In this document: positions 10,093-24,352 of the stretch, piece after piece | How the letters are laid out: every line of letters begins with the position of its first letter | Position numbering within the stretch: the first letter of the stretch is position 1 | Assembly: GCA_037447605.1 (NCBI GenBank) | Contig: CM074817.1 | Coordinates: forward strand, 1,364,001 to 1,428,000 | Direction of reading: 5' to 3' | Source of the DNA: Zygnema circumcarinatum SAG 698-1b | Taxonomy: Eukaryota > Plantae > Zygnematophyceae | DNA length: 64,000 nucleotides | The notes under the pieces: model-generated | What the model was told of the DNA's origin: nothing | Databases searched by the model: none | Seen by the model: only the letters and a program-made list of their open reading frames with translations | Program-made: the position numbers and the translations under genes

Positions 10093-11767
10093 ATGGCGAT
10101 CACTGCAGTGAAGCTGAGTGAGATTGAGACTTTGACTGATGATGAAAGACGTGCTCTCAGGGCAAGCCGATTTGCAGCAGAAAACCCAGGGTGCTCTGAC
10201 TGTTCAACCAGCAAAAGTATGCCCAGGTGAAGATCAGATGCTCAATCATATCATGAACCCTCATTAGAAGATGGGCCCACAAGAACGACCAAGAACAAAA
10301 TAATATTTCGCTCTGGCATGTTGTTTCCTGATATTGCGTGTTCATGAAGATGATGCGTAGGTCAAGTTCATTTCACGGCAAGTGAACGTAAGAGTCAGCA
10401 GCGTAGAGGTGTTTGTCTTTTTGGAGGATGACAGACGCATTTAACTCTTCTCTAACATTCTATGCAGAGGCGTATGTCTCTCTGCAGGTTGGCACATCCC
10501 GGAGGCCCAATCGCAACAAACAAGGCAGCGGCTCTGGCTAAATTTTTGCAGAGAAAGATAGACGCGGGGTCTGTGGCAGATTTGAATCCAGATTTGGTCG
10601 AACAAGCGGTCAAGAATGCAGAGGCATCACTCACCGGCGGTGAGACACTTAATTTTCCTGATTGCTCAGACACAGTCAGGCCAGGCTGAAGTGAAGTCAT
10701 GTTGTCTAATGCTTGGTAGATGGTAAATGGAAAACGATGCGACATATATTTGAGGGAGACTATTGCAGGCATCGTCCTGCAGAGACATACCATTAATGCA
10801 CAGATGGATGTTTACGCATTCGTATGTGCTTGCAGACGCACAGAACGAAATTCTGGTGCAGTTGTTCGCTCTTCCTGGCATTGGGTGCTGAGTGGCCCAC
10901 TGAACTGAAGTTATTTCAAATGATGGTACACTTTGTTTGACATGCTTTCTCTTTTGAAGTTAGTTTTCTCTGTCACTGCTGTTGGAGGGCAGATTCTCAC
11001 CGGGAAGTTCAGATAAAGCATGTGGCGAAGTTTGACGACTCTCAAGTTGAGGTGCGTGCTGGATGGATGGAGTAAATAGAGCTTACGAAGAGTCGAAAGT
11101 GTATGATGCTTCTTGTATGAGTCATTTGGCACTATTAATTTCAGGTAAGTTGCAAATGGCTCAACTCGTTATGTCACATTCAAAGGATTGCAAAGTTGTT
11201 GGGAACTGGGTGTGTAGAGTTTATGTGTCATAACAAACGGTTGAAGATATAAGTGGGTCAATTCAATAGTTTTGAAGAATTATTTATCATCGTATGTAGC
11301 CTGGAAGCCTGAATCATCCTTGAGCTTTTACCTTTTTTTTTTTTGTACATTACTTTTCGTAAATTGTATGCTATAGGGGGAGATATTGGCATGCTGGTTA
11401 GCTGCATATGGCGAAGTTTTACCTGTATCCAATGCAGTAGAGCCCGAGTTTAAAGCTCCCCTGCTTCGTGTTCGGCTTCCGAATAAGAAAACAATTAAGC
11501 TGTTCCTGCTTTTGCAGTTGCAGTGCGTTACATTCTCTTGCTATGTTTTCATGAAAGCACAAGGGATGAATGTGAAGATTGCGCTTGGGTCTACGAAAGC
11601 CTGAAGCCGCTTTCTTTATCGTTTTGCAGTGGACAACTTCAAGCAAGAAAAAGAAAAGGAAAAAGGAGAAAAGCAAGCGGAGTTCGGAATCTGGGGGCGG
11701 TGTGGGCCAGAAAAGAGAGAGAGTACAGAAGAAGCATTCATCCAAGAGGAAAAGGCGGAAATCATGA
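10093..11767 (+). CDS. Small conserved plant protein of unknown function with a Lys-rich C-terminus (4 coding exons)
   Basis: GT-AG exons join in frame: MAITAVKLSEIETLTDDERRALRASRFA...|RLAHPGGPIATNKAAALAKFLQRK...AVKNA|DSHREVQIKHVAKFDD|WTTSSKKKKRKK...*. The HPGGP..TNKAAALAKFL.RK motif is one I recall from uncharacterised plant proteins. Confidence 0.7.
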
Positions 11768-12835
11768 ACCACGAGGAAGAGAGAGAGGGAGTGCTAAGCA
11801 GGGCGTGCTGGAAGCCTTTTTGGACGATGGTGGCTATTAGTTTAAAAGTAAGACAAAACGTCTTTGTACAGGGGTGGCAGTGTTCTTGAAGCAAGGCAGG
11901 CAGAGGAGTTGCGAGCAGTTATGTGCTTTTGAAGGGAGAGGTTTGAACGTGAGAGGACATCAATCTGCTGCTTAAGGAGATGGGCAGGATGTGCTGTCTA
12001 TTTCCACCATTCTTGGTTTTTCTTCCCTTCTTAATTTAGGGAAAATTAATGATGTATGGTAAAGCCTCTTGTTGGGAATTTTTTTATAATGGCTCAGAGG
12101 AGTAGCCAGCTTGAGTGAGAGTACAGACCCTTTACCAGGAGCTGCCCATGAAATGTGGCCTCTCCTTTATGGTGTAAGTCTGCGGCTTGTTCTTTACCTT
12201 ATAATTCCGTCTAGATTTCAAAGGCACATAAGCACCGTCTTCAACGGATATCGAGTAACTCAACTTCTTCAACTTTACTTCATTAATTTTAGAGAAAAAA
12301 ATCTGCTTCTTCCTTCTTTCAGTAATTCTTGTAATTTTTTATAAGTGGTATGGTCTCTCTTCTTTAGATAATTTAAAGTCTTACGCAATCGTGCTACTTT
12401 CCTAAAAGAGCATTTTGGCCGGGACCTCATGAATCTTAAAAATTTTCTCTTGTTGATGCCATAAAGAGTGTTGCAATTCCAGATTCCCATGCTTGTTTCT
12501 GTTTGGGATGAAAATTGCGCAATACGTCCTCGCCACTTTGTCTATGGTGAGCCTCCAGTCTATGGTACATGGTTGTAATATATAAGGAAAAGATGGTAAG
12601 CATAACAAGCCAACAACAATGGAGGATGCTCTCGTGGGGGCTGTTTTCATCACCGCTTTTGGCAGTAAACGTAACCCAAAAACCCTAAAAACAGTGCAGG
12701 CCGTGAAAAATGGCCAATATTGTGCTCGCGATGATGGCAAGATGCCATCCATGCAGGAAGACAAAGACCAGCCAAAGACCTATTTGCATTATTTCTGTAT
12801 TTTGCGCTCGCTCCCTCTCGGCAGGAGGAGTGCTT

Positions 12836-12866
12836 GGGTTTAGGGTTTGAGGTTTAGGGTTTAGGG
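12836..12866 (+). repeat. Short (TTTAGGG)n telo-box-type array upstream of the F-box gene
   Basis: gggtttagggtttgaggtttagggtttaggg. Confidence 0.7.
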
Positions 12867-13564
12867 TAGTCACCATTGGAAGGTGCACAACTGAAGAAAG
12901 AGAAGCACTCACTGCAGAGAGTGAGAGAGGCTCTGTGCCTCGTATGGGTTTAGGAGTTTATAGAGCCTTATTGGAGATGGGCCGGTTAACCATGTGACCA
13001 TCCGCTTGTGGTTTGCAAATGGTTGGGAAACTGGTGAGGCTGGTCATGACTATTTGGGCATGACACTTTCTTGCGATACGTCGTGTTCTTGACCAACAGT
13101 CGTGACCACTGCCCATTTGACCATGACCATGACCATGACCACTATCATTCATTGACCAAGACCTCATGACCCCCTAAAGTGCTTTAAAGTGCTCTCAGGC
13201 TTTCAGGGCACACTGCAGCGCAGGGCGGTGCTGGGTGTCCATTTTTACACATGAATAACTGGGGGGAGGAGAAGGATGAATCGTGCGTGTAGGGCCTGAA
13301 GCTCCTTCGCCGTATTCCAGTAGAGAATTGCGTGAATCAGAGCTTATGAACGCTGGCCGGAAGCAGCTGGATGAATTACATGCCAAGATAGTCATTGCTC
13401 GGAGGTTTATTTGTGTTTTTGGAACGGTTTCTTGAAGGAGGAGCTTGCCGATGTTAGGCCATGACTTAGGCGATCTTCCAACGCGCGGTTTCCTTGTATT
13501 TTGGAAGTGCAGCAGGGGAGGCCTTGGACCTTCGGTTTAGGGAAGGATCCAGTTCGGAAAAGCT

Positions 13565-16366
13565 ATGTTAAGGCAGCCCTTGCATGGTGCTGCAGACGAT
13601 TGTTTCGATTATTTTCAGGGCAAAGCAGATGATGCATGGAATGATAGTAGCCGAGAAGTCACCGTCCATCATGCGATGCAGAAGCAGAATTGTGCGGAAA
13701 TTCCCACGGCAAATGTCCTCCCTCCAGTGCATACATCAGAGAAAAGTCTGGCTGTGGGTGCTGATCCATTAGCAAAAGGCAGGGAAGTTAAAAGCTTCAA
13801 AGATAAGAGGCATTCAAATGCCACAGGGAACTTCAAGATACAATCGGTTCAGCAGCTTTCCCCTAGTGTCAAAGGTCTGGGATTTTTTGCAGGAAATGAA
13901 AAGCTTCCAACAAGTATGGGTAGTGGCAGAGGTACGCATGAAAAATTAGAGGTGAATAAGGGAGAAGGTCAAGCAGCTGAGCTGCTGACTTCTTCTGGTG
14001 ATACCGCCCTACCTTCACAACAAGTGCAGCGCTATTCTCTTATTGACCTTCCTCCAGCACTTATCCTTGAAATATTTTCGCATATTGACGCGCGTGATCT
14101 GTGTGTAGCATCCTGTGTCTGCTCAACTTTTCAGCGGCTCGCTGCAGAGTCAGTTAGATGGAAGGACTTATACTGTCAGCGCTGGCTGCCACCTGCACTG
14201 TCGGAAGGAAGAGTTTCTGCTGAAGGATGCTGTAGAGATGATTCTGCAACAGCTGTTACGCAGTGGCGAGAGCTCTACTTGGAGCGAGAAGTTCGCTCTA
14301 GAGCATTTCAGGGCAGGTGAGCTGTTCGCCTTTGTTTGCAAATCCTTACAAGTGACGTTCATGTTGAAAATATAGAGTTTGACTAGCGAATATGTGATGA
14401 CCAACAACTGACTGGGAACCAGCAGGTTCATTTTGTAGCTGTAACATCACGTCAAAAGTTTTGGGAAAGGCTTAGAACATAAGTTCTTAGTGGATTCTGA
14501 AGCTGAGCCAAGCTGTTCAAAATCTCAGTCACGTCAGTTTTTATAGACTACAATGCGGTAACTGCATCAAGTGAAGTATGAGGGCCGCAACGTCCACATT
14601 CAGATGATGATTGAAGCCAAGTGGTGCATCTGAACATAATCAAATATACTTGAGATGTACAAAAGTCCGTTGCTGATGGTGCCCTTGAGTTGTTGATTCT
14701 GTTTTGTAGATTTCGCCTCGACTTTCTGCATGGGCATACAGCAGGTGTGCGTTGCGCTCGCCTTCTGCCGTCTGCCAATTTGGCGGTGACTGGTGGATAT
14801 GATTCCACTGTGCGTATTTGGGACTTGGAACAGGGATTGCCTTTGGCAGCTTCTGCACCATTGGGTGAAACAGTTCGAGCAATTGCTGTGGATAATACTA
14901 TGCTTGCAGTTGGTAGCACGGATAGTGTGATACGGATATGGCGTTCAATACCCGGCTGTCCACATCTGTTTGATGTGGGGAGTAGTTGGCCAGCTGGACG
15001 TATTGACAGGGAAACAGGGAAACCAAGAGACAAGGAAATTGATGGCTGTGGTGGTTTATTCGTAGGGATGTCATCTGCACTTCACTCTCATGCAGGGCCC
15101 ATTTCATGTATCGTATTTGACAGTGGTAAGATGTACAGTGGGTCATGGGATATGACAGTACGCATGTGGCAGCAGGATAATTTGACTTGTATCAGGACTT
15201 TCAACCATGGGGGTTGGGTGTGGGCTATTGCTGCACGGGGCACGCGCTTGTATAGCACTGCGGGGTCCAATTTGTATACCTGGGATGTGGAGTCAGGTGA
15301 GCTCTTATGCGAACGTCAAAATGTACATCAAGGGCAGGCTAGTGCAATAGAGGCGAACAGGTCAGGCGAGTTCGTGTTTACTGGAGGAGAGGATGGAGCT
15401 GTTCGGATGTTTGACGAGAGGGCGAAGCGGAGGTCAAAATTGGCTGTGGTGGTGGAGAATGGAGCGATGGATGCTGTGGCCGAGTGGAGACCTCACGTAT
15501 CCGGAATACGCGGCCTTGCACTGGAGGATCCATGGCTGGTGTGCGCATCGGCAGACAACACATGCTCACTGATGAATGTGTGGCAGGTGATACTAAACAG
15601 ATCATCTAAGAAGAGGTCTGAGGGAGGGAGGCAGAGGAGAGATTCGACGGTAGGGGAAAGCAGCCGCTCCTCTCTCAGGACAGCTGGAGGCCGTGTTCAA
15701 GCTGTAGTGAGAGAGGGAATTGAGGAACCCATACTACGACAGCTTGGAGGCTTTCCGTCCTTAGTATACAGTATTGACATAGGAGCCCACCGCGTGATCT
15801 GTGCGGGTCAGGATACCATTGTTCGTGTCTTTGACTTCACTCAGGCACTGGAGACAGAGAGGAGAGTGGAAGCTTCAAGGCGTGTGCGAGTGGAACGGCG
15901 GTTTCAACGTAGACATGGGAGGCAAAGGTCAGGCGACGGAGGCTCTGCATGGCCGGCCATGGGGCCGGGAAAGGCCCCATTGGACCTCATGGCATCTCCT
16001 TCAGAGAGCAATGAAGATGTCCATGTGGATGGCCACACCTCCATGGTGCAGCCCTTGCACTCTGAAGGTGTGTCAGATGCCAAAAGTGGGAAGGGGAAGT
16101 TTCGGGAGCCAGGAGCTGCGAAGCAGCGAGGAGGGAGGGAGGAAGAGAGGAGGGAGGGAGAGAGGAGGGAGGGAGAGAGGAGGGAGAGCGGACTCAGGAA
16201 GCCGGGGGAAGGTTCATGGCAGCAAGAGAGGCAGGGGTGTGGCAGCAGCCGAGGGGGCCACAGGTCACGCCGATATGTGGACAGCGTACACTCGAGGATG
16301 GTTCTAGGCCCATCCAGAGTTACAGACATCAGGGCTTCCGCCAAGGATAAAGGAAGCACAGGATGA
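13565..16366 (+). CDS. F-box/WD40-repeat protein (exons 13565-14316 and 14711-16366)
   Basis: F-box (LIDLPPALILEIFSHIDARDLCVASCVCSTFQRLA) and multiple WD40 repeats (GHTAGV...GYDSTVRIWD, HAGPIS...SWDMTVRMW). The GT-AG intron keeps the frame. Confidence 0.9.
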
Positions 16367-16846
16367 TAGCGATGATGGAGTGAAATATGTGCAGATTTTT
16401 GTTTTCATTTTTTTTCAAAAAACAAAATAGGGAAAAAGTGGTTTCTTTCGGCCATTTGTTGTCGCTCGTTGTTGCTTGAGGGACTTTCTTTGTGCTTCCA
16501 CAGTTTGAGGTCTGTTATCTCACACTCCTGACTTCCTTTACTTCACCGTTTTTTTTTTTTTCGTCCTCCATAGAGTGGCCTATGAATAGAGCAAAACCAT
16601 ACCGGATTTAACCTTCTAGTGCTTAAAAGTCTCGCCAAACCTTACGGCCGCACCAGCACAGAAGAATCATTAGAGGTCCAAGACCCAATGGGATCATCTG
16701 CATTGCTGCCGTGTGCACACAAAAAGGGTTGCAAACTCACAGGCCGCAAACCTTAAACTACTGACTCCTTCACGCGCAAACTGCAAACTGCAAATTGCAA
16801 ATCGCAGCCAAATTGCAGCTGGCAAACTTCTGAAGCACACTTTGAA

Positions 16847-19800
16847 TCAGAAAGTATGAGCTTCTTCCACATCAACATCGTAAAGAGAGCCTGTCGTCTG
16901 CCACCTCGGGAGGCTCGTTTGCAGCTTCACCCACAATGCCAACACGTACTCAGACCAGGCTTTTATGCTCTCCTTCCGATTGCACTCTGAGACTTTATGC
17001 CTCTTAGCGGAATCCAAATCTATTCTGCTTCCAGCCTCTTCTCCTGCTCGGCAGGGTGGCCTCCTTGGCTCATCTTCTGCTGCTTTGAGCCTTTTGCTCA
17101 TTCTTGTCTCCTTAATGAACGTATTATCTTGCTGCTGCGAGGTCCAATCTGAGGTCTTGTCGTCATGTAAGCAGTCTCTACTGCTGCTCGAATGCCAGTC
17201 CCAAAACGCCGCCACCTGCACATACACACTCCCCATGTTATGAGTCCAAATCCAAGAGGATGGGGCTTGTGAATGGCAGGCTTGCGGAACGGTGATCGAT
17301 CATCAGCTCCATGCTCAGGGTGTAAATCGATACACGACTCATGCATCTACTCCAGTTTTTATATGCTTACACAATGCCTTTGTCCATCTGTTGCTATAAC
17401 CAACCCTCTGCTTTCATTTCAATCAAAACAGAACTCCTGCAGCGACTGGGAAAAGGAAAGGCCAACCTGTAGGGCATGAAGTGATCCTTTGAACCGGAAG
17501 GGGAGGCTGCCGCCCCTTTGCTCTTGCAGCAGCAGCTGCTCTTTCCCTTCCTCCTCACACATCTCTTTGAAACGGCTATCGACTCCACTATGCTCCCTCT
17601 CACGAAAGCACGGGCCCTGCTCCTCTAAGCTTCCAGTCATTTCTGTCCCTTCCCGGGACCTCTGTATGGGCTTAACGCAGTACCCTAACTCACTCAATTT
17701 CTGCAGCCGAATATCACTGTACGCTGTAGCCTCTCTAACCATTGTCTCACTCTCCGAACAAATGGTGGGGGCCTGTTCTGCCACCACATTGACACCCTCC
17801 CCTAATCTTTTCTGCTTCCAGGCTGCATCTGAGTGCTCTGACCTTACCTCAGAGCTGGAAGTTTCCGAAGATTGATTTCTTGAAACAACATTGCTGCAGG
17901 GGACGAGGTACATGGCTTCTGAAATCTCTACAGGTAAAGGAACAGAGAGGGGAAAGCTTCCCCCAAACGAGCCATCGCTTTCAGGCCCTCCTCGCTTCTC
18001 CTTTCTTTCCTCCTTAACGATCAACTTATCTTGATATCCGCAATCTTCAGACCGATTAAGTGTGTTTTCCACGACGAAAGTCTGTCCACTTTGTTGAAGC
18101 TTCAGACCTGCCCCAACGGTTGCAGGAAGCTGGAGTTCTAGTTTTGCCACTTGTGCAGATGCGAGGGCGGAAGGAAGATGGCGAAGTATCATTGTGTCCT
18201 CACTGTGAGTTCCGTCTAAGGTAAACCACATGGCTAGTGTACATCTGTTTCCACCGGTTACCTGGAAAATTTAAAGGTCATCTAAATAATAAGATTGGGA
18301 AGGGATGCACTCGCATTGGTTTGCAGAAGGCAGCTATCAAACACCTTAAGCATGAAAGAGCAAATCTGAAGCCTCGGCTAGTGATAACTCTTGGATAGCA
18401 GTTGCTTTGGTTATATATTCTCACCTCATCCACTTTGTGCAGGTTCGCCACGTCAGCTGAGTAAATAATCACCGTCTGGCAGAGCAGAGAAAACGGTTCC
18501 ATTGGCTGAGTAATAAATCCAATGAATGCTTCCTCTATCAGAATCCTAGCCAACATGAAAATCGAAACAAGCTTATCGACTTGAAAGCAGTATGCGGTCT
18601 CTCGTCACTATATTCGAACCGACGTTCAGATGGTTAGTTGCCGATGTCTCTTGCCTACAGTTGAGCCTTGAAACAAAGATTAATGCGCAAAAGGTATCCA
18701 CTTTCTGACGAATATGAGCAGTAGCCGATGGTAATAGCACAACTTACGCCTGCTTTGGGCTCTACCACTTGAGGAACTCCGTCCTTGAATCGGAACAAAC
18801 CACCCGAGAAGTCCTCCCCATAACTGTTGAGGTAACAAACTGCCTGCATAGAAACGCAGATCGATTTTGACGTTTGCTGGAGCCAAATCATGTACCTGTT
18901 TATCAACCTCTGTAATGTTTGAAAACTGTTTGGTAACCTTAGAATGAGATGTTGTCCAGACACAGCAAGGTCACTTGTCCTCACCGAATAATGGCGCTGC
19001 TTGAGATAAGGACGGTTGTTGTCCGCATGCCATCCAATGTTGCCTCCTTTCTGCCAACTGCATAAGGGCTACTGGAGAAGCTGAGACTCAAAATGTTGAA
19101 GTCGAAACTATCGACAATAGATTTACAAAGCGTGTTCCTTCAAGAACCCTTAGACTCGGAGATAGTAACTGGAAAAAACAAAGGATAGGTTCCAAAGACA
19201 CTCACTGTGTGCATTTAGTTTGCCACAATCAGACTTATCTCCAGTTTTCCAAATTCACTTCTCTAATTTGACCTCCACCGTGACCCAGTGAACTCTGCAA
19301 CATGCATGATGGGCCATATGAAAAGCAGGCCCCAGCATCCGGCAGATACGCTTCAGAAACTAATGATTTCAAGTTTAAAGCTGTGGCCAGTTTTGTGGTG
19401 CTTGTTACATTGGGAACAAGAAAGTTACCGTCGCATAAGAAGGTCTAATTCTAACATCGAAAGAACTACTAGTCGAATAACGTTGGAACAAAGTCTGATT
19501 ACCTGATTAATCCTGTAAATTCCACAAAAAGCTCCATGCAACGGTTGAATTGGGATTCCACTAACTCCAATATGCGTTCTGGATGAAAACGACTACATTT
19601 CCAAGTTACGAGGTTTCAAACGACCTAACAATACCACCGAGAAAAGCAGGCATCTGTCCCAATACATGAAAACTCAAATGTATCATACACCGCTTCTATA
19701 CGCCTCGGTTCGCATCTCCCTACATTTAGCAACATTCACAAGATCAAGTTCCATATTGAGATTTCATTCCAGAAATGAGCAGGGCATTGAAGCCATGAGA

Positions 19801-20312
19801 GAAGGTCAAAGTTATTTCTAGATGCCATAGGTTTAAATCCAACCGTTGGATGACTTTTCATGCTTATGATTGACAACTTTTCAAGCAGTGGTGTACCGAC
19901 GATGAATACCTCTTATAGGAATGAATGGCATGATGAATGCCGCGCAGTTGCTTGCAATGAGATGCTGAAGTGTGGTTGACTGAACAAACGGCCGATAGCC
20001 CACAGTGCTGCAGCTCTTGTGAATGAAGAGAAGCTCCTGCAAAGAGTAAACCATTTGACACACACAAACGGGGGCGTAATAAGATAAATAACCTCTGAAA
20101 GGGACCTCTTTTGAAAGTTCCCAAAACTCTGCCAAAAAGCTCACCATATGCGTTCATTCAACCCAAAACTGAAAGCCTTCAACTGATACTACTTCACCAG
20201 CACTCAGAACACCACAAGAAAATGCTGAAAGCAACAGCAGATAATTCTGGACAACCTTGCATTCCTCAGCTGAGAGAATGTTTTGCAGGACGGCTCTCTG
20301 CTGCAACGCCAT
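16847..20312 (-). CDS. 2OG-Fe(II) oxygenase, prolyl-3-hydroxylase-like (resembles the Arabidopsis AT1G68080 family), about 8 exons
   Basis: Spliced translation MALQQRAVLQNILSAEECK|ELLFIHKSCSTVGYRP...|ERILELVE...EFTGLIS|WQKGGNIGWHADNNRPYLKQRHYS|AVCYLNSYGEDFSGGLFRF...|...HKVDE|...RCTLAMWF...HALQ|...SLPRWQ. HxD...H iron ligands are present. Confidence 0.85.
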
Positions 20313-20999
20313 ACTGACTAAGACCCGTTTGCCGCATTGGAGGTAAAAAACAAAGAACTCTCTGAACGTTCTCTTGTCTTCAATCATTGAAAAATTCCTC
20401 TGTTTTATCTCCCCTACATATGCAGTTTGTCCATCCGACTAATGCTGCAAACATCCTCCAAATCTCCATTCTCCCCTCAGCATATCGTTGACCAGCCATT
20501 CTTCTGCGTTTTTCACCGAAGCCTGTCGCCGCTGCTGTTCCCTCTCTCTTCAACCGTTTCAAAGACAAGGATGAGCAGTTTGCTGTTCATCTTCATAGCA
20601 AGAAAAGTCGCAAAGCACTTGCAAAGAGCAAGCGAGGAATAAGCGACTTGAGTGGCCGGGCCATCGCGAGTACTTTAAGAACGTTTCATTCATCTCGAAT
20701 TAAGCGATTAAGATTCCTCTCGCTGTATTGCTTCTGGAGCGCTCGAATACGTTTCTGTTCGACTTATATCCCTAGCTGCAAGCGCGGCAGCCGATGAGAG
20801 CAGACATGCATTCGAGCTGCAAAGTGCAGCATGGGAGAGAGACTGTATGAGAGCTTAGGGCGAAGCAGGAGGAGGAGCCTTCTCGAATCGCCAGAAACAG
20901 AAACAGCTTACGCGTTCTCTGAATTTTAGGGTCCTCAAGGGCTGAGATACCGCTCGCCTGCTTGCTGACCGTCAGTGAGGGCTGCAAGGGCTGTAAAGG

Positions 21000-23900
21000 A
21001 TGGCATTGGAGGAGGACCTCGAGAAGCTTTACAAGTTTGGAGAAAAATTGAATGCTGCCACCGATAAGTCACAGGTATGCGTCGCTTATTTCCTCTTTAC
21101 TCTGGTTCTGAAATCATAGCTCTTTGCATTTGCAGGTGTCGTGATAAGAACTAGTCAGTGCTCGTTAATTTTGCTTCCCTGTCAGCATGGTTCTTAAGTG
21201 GAAAAATCTTCTGGGAATACTCTGCAGAATGTGAAGGACTACATGGGCATCCTTGCAGCAGCGACAGGCAGCAAGAAGGCTAAGCTGCTAGCTGCCCAGC
21301 TGATCCCGCGTTTCTTCAAGCATTTTCCTCAAGTGTCTGCACAGGGCCTTAATGCTCAATTCGATCTCTGCGAAGATGACGATGTTGCGGTGAGCTGACA
21401 CAGCTTGCTATTTCCCTTGATAAACGAGATTGCTTGTTTGGATTCATTCGGAAGCAAACTCGACGCTGCCACCTTCATCATTAATATCATTGTAGTAACT
21501 TTTAACAATTTCCTCTAGAAACAGGCCGGGCGTTCATTTTATTTTAGTATCACCCCGTTTTTGTAGACAATATGTGCAGTATCTGAGAAAGCTGTGAATT
21601 TAAACTTGTCAAAAAGTATTCTTGTTGCTTTCCGAGAATTAACAGGTCACAGAAGTATCTACCATTTGATGATTGTTTCCTGAAACTCAGCATACGAGAG
21701 TTAGCCCCGCTCTAAATGTTGCAATCCTTCACCTCACCCCGCAGATAAGGATACAAGCAGTGAGAGGGCTGCCATTTCTCTGCAAAGATACTCCAGAACA
21801 CCTGCCTAAGCTTGCTGATGTCCTCTGTCAACTTCTTTTAGCAGGTATGTCATTCTGGCGGCTATTTCTAGCATAGTACATCCTGATGCTATTTACAGTA
21901 TTTGCCAAGGAAATTTACATAAGCTAATTATTGTAGTGGCACGATGCAGAGGATCAGCAGGAGCAAATAATTGTACAAAATTCGCTCATGCAAGTAGTAC
22001 GGCAAAACCCTAAAGGTGAGCCGGGAACAACATGGTTGCAACCATTAGAGGTTTTGGCGTTCTGCTACTTGCTGATGATTGGTGAATGGTTTATCTTTCC
22101 ACATTCTTGAAATGCTTTGGCGTCCGTCCCTAAAGCTTTTAAGTTGGAGGAAGGTAAAGATAAAGCGTCTACTCCTTCTGATTCGCACGGCTGGGCGACA
22201 GATTCATTGGCGACTGTTTTTAAGCACGTGGAGAATGCAGAAGACAATGTGAGAGGAAGAGTTTTTGACTTCATCAGGACAAAGGTGTGTAACTGGTGAT
22301 TTTTTTGTCGAAATTTGTATGATGATGAATGCCATCGGCATGTCTTAGATGCGATCATGTGAGGCAAATTATGTCTACTGTGGAGTATTTTTGCAACCTT
22401 TTTGCTTGTGATTTTGCAGATTTATCCAAACAGGGCGAGCCTGTTGGTGCCACCGGAAACGATGGAGAGGCATATTGCTGACCTCATAAAGGTGCATCCA
22501 TGCACTTATGCGTTTGCTTAAAAAACTGTGATGTTTTCTCAATGCTGGTTCAAACAACCTCCTGCTTTTGAACTAGATTTGCTGCTTTATCCTTTCTGAA
22601 TTAGCTAGTTGAAGCATTGAGCTTGCAGGGTCTCCAAGATGTCACTGGGGATGAGTTTCAGATGCTCATGACTTTCCTCAAAAGTTTGAGTCTCTTTGGA
22701 CCTAAAGCATCTCCGGAGCGAATGCAAGAGCTGGCGGATGTGGTTGAAGCTCAAGCCGACCTTGACAGCAAGTTTGACGTAAGTCTATTTTTTTTATCTT
22801 ACACAGTTTTGGACAGTTTCTTTTTGTAAAACACGCTACGGTGTGTCTGCGGATCCTGGGATCGTTGAACTCATTTCTTTATTGTCAAAAAAAATCTTCT
22901 CTATAGATTTTAGTGGTGAAGCGAGAGATTTAAGCCGCCTTAATAAACTGTTAGCTGAATAAGATGAAGATAGAAGATTTGAACCCCCTGCACTAGCTGT
23001 TGGTCATTGGCGGAAGCCTTAGTTATAGAGTAATGAATCATATACGATTTCTTCTCGTCAGGAGGATTCGTATGGGAGGGAGGGAGGGAGCAGTGGGAGA
23101 GTGAGAGTGGGAAAAGGAAAAGGTCTTGAAGTTGGCGGAGAGGATATTATATCCTATCCACCCATGCGATGATGATACCTCTCGGCTCCTTAGGCAGATG
23201 CTTACAAGCAGCTGCACTGCTGGACCTTATGGAGAACACATCTGAGCGATCTAAGGCTGATTCCCTACAAAAGTTACAATTGAATTTCCCTACTCACAGT
23301 CCTATTGCTGCTTGAACCATATTTAGCTTGTCACAAACTTGTCAAAATTGATGTATTGTTTCGTCCGTGCAGATTTCTGATGCTGATCATTTGGAGCGTA
23401 TCTTGGCCTGCCTTCAAATGGCTGTTCCTTTCTATGCTGTAAGAGTTTGCTATAATTTCTCTCTCTATTTCTTTAATCTACCTCTCTTTCACCTTCAATT
23501 CCTCTGTATTGCTCTCTTCCTGTCTCTGTCCTCTGATGTCTCCTCCTCAGCCTTCTTTACCTCCTGCCTTTTCCCAGCCCTTACATAGATCGGCTGAACT
23601 AATGTCAGCTGCTTTTCCCATCTTCAAGCGGCTGCTCTCTTTTACTCCCACTCCCACTCCCACTCCCACTCCCACTGCCTCCCCTCCCTCTCCCTCTCCC
23701 TCTCCCCACCCCATTCCCTCCCTCCCTCCCCTCTCCCTCTCCCCACCCCACTCCCTCCCTCCCTCCCTCCCTCCCTCCCTCCCCTCTCCCTCTCCCCACC
23801 CCACTCCCACCCCACTCCCACTCCCACTCCCACTCCCACTCCCACCCCACTCCCACCCCACTCCCACTCCCACTCCCACCCCACTCCCACTCCCACTCCC

Positions 23901-24311
23901 ACTCCCACCCCACTCCCACCCCACCCCACTCCCACTCCCACTCCCACCCCACCCCACTCCCACCCCACTCCCACCCCACTCCCACTCCCACTCCCACCCC
24001 ACTCCCACTCCCACTCCCACTCCCACTCCCACTCCCACTCCCACTCCCACTCCCACTCCCACTCCCACTCCCACTCCCACTCCCACTCCCACTCCCACTC
24101 CCACTCCCACTCCCACTCCCACTCCCACTCCCACAGGTTTGGCTCTATGGTGAACAAGTGTGGGCATGTGCAGGCTGGAGCTTCAAATGCGCGATTTCTG
24201 GGATTTATCAACAAGCATGTTCTTCCCTCCATTGGCAAGGTTAGTCCGCCTGAAGGCCCTCAGAGTGGGAAGAATGTTAAAGACCGAATCAGCAATTCCA
24301 AGAGAGCTTCA

Positions 24312-24352
<41 letters not shown>

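Noticed and set aside
19503-19512. 10-nt micro-exon in the P3H-like gene
   Set aside because: It is the end of an ordinary 76-nt exon (19578-19503, ERILELVE...EFTGLIS).
23509-24238. Long PT/GV/WE-repeat ORFs
   Set aside because: Artefacts of the CCCACT microsatellite inside an API5 intron.
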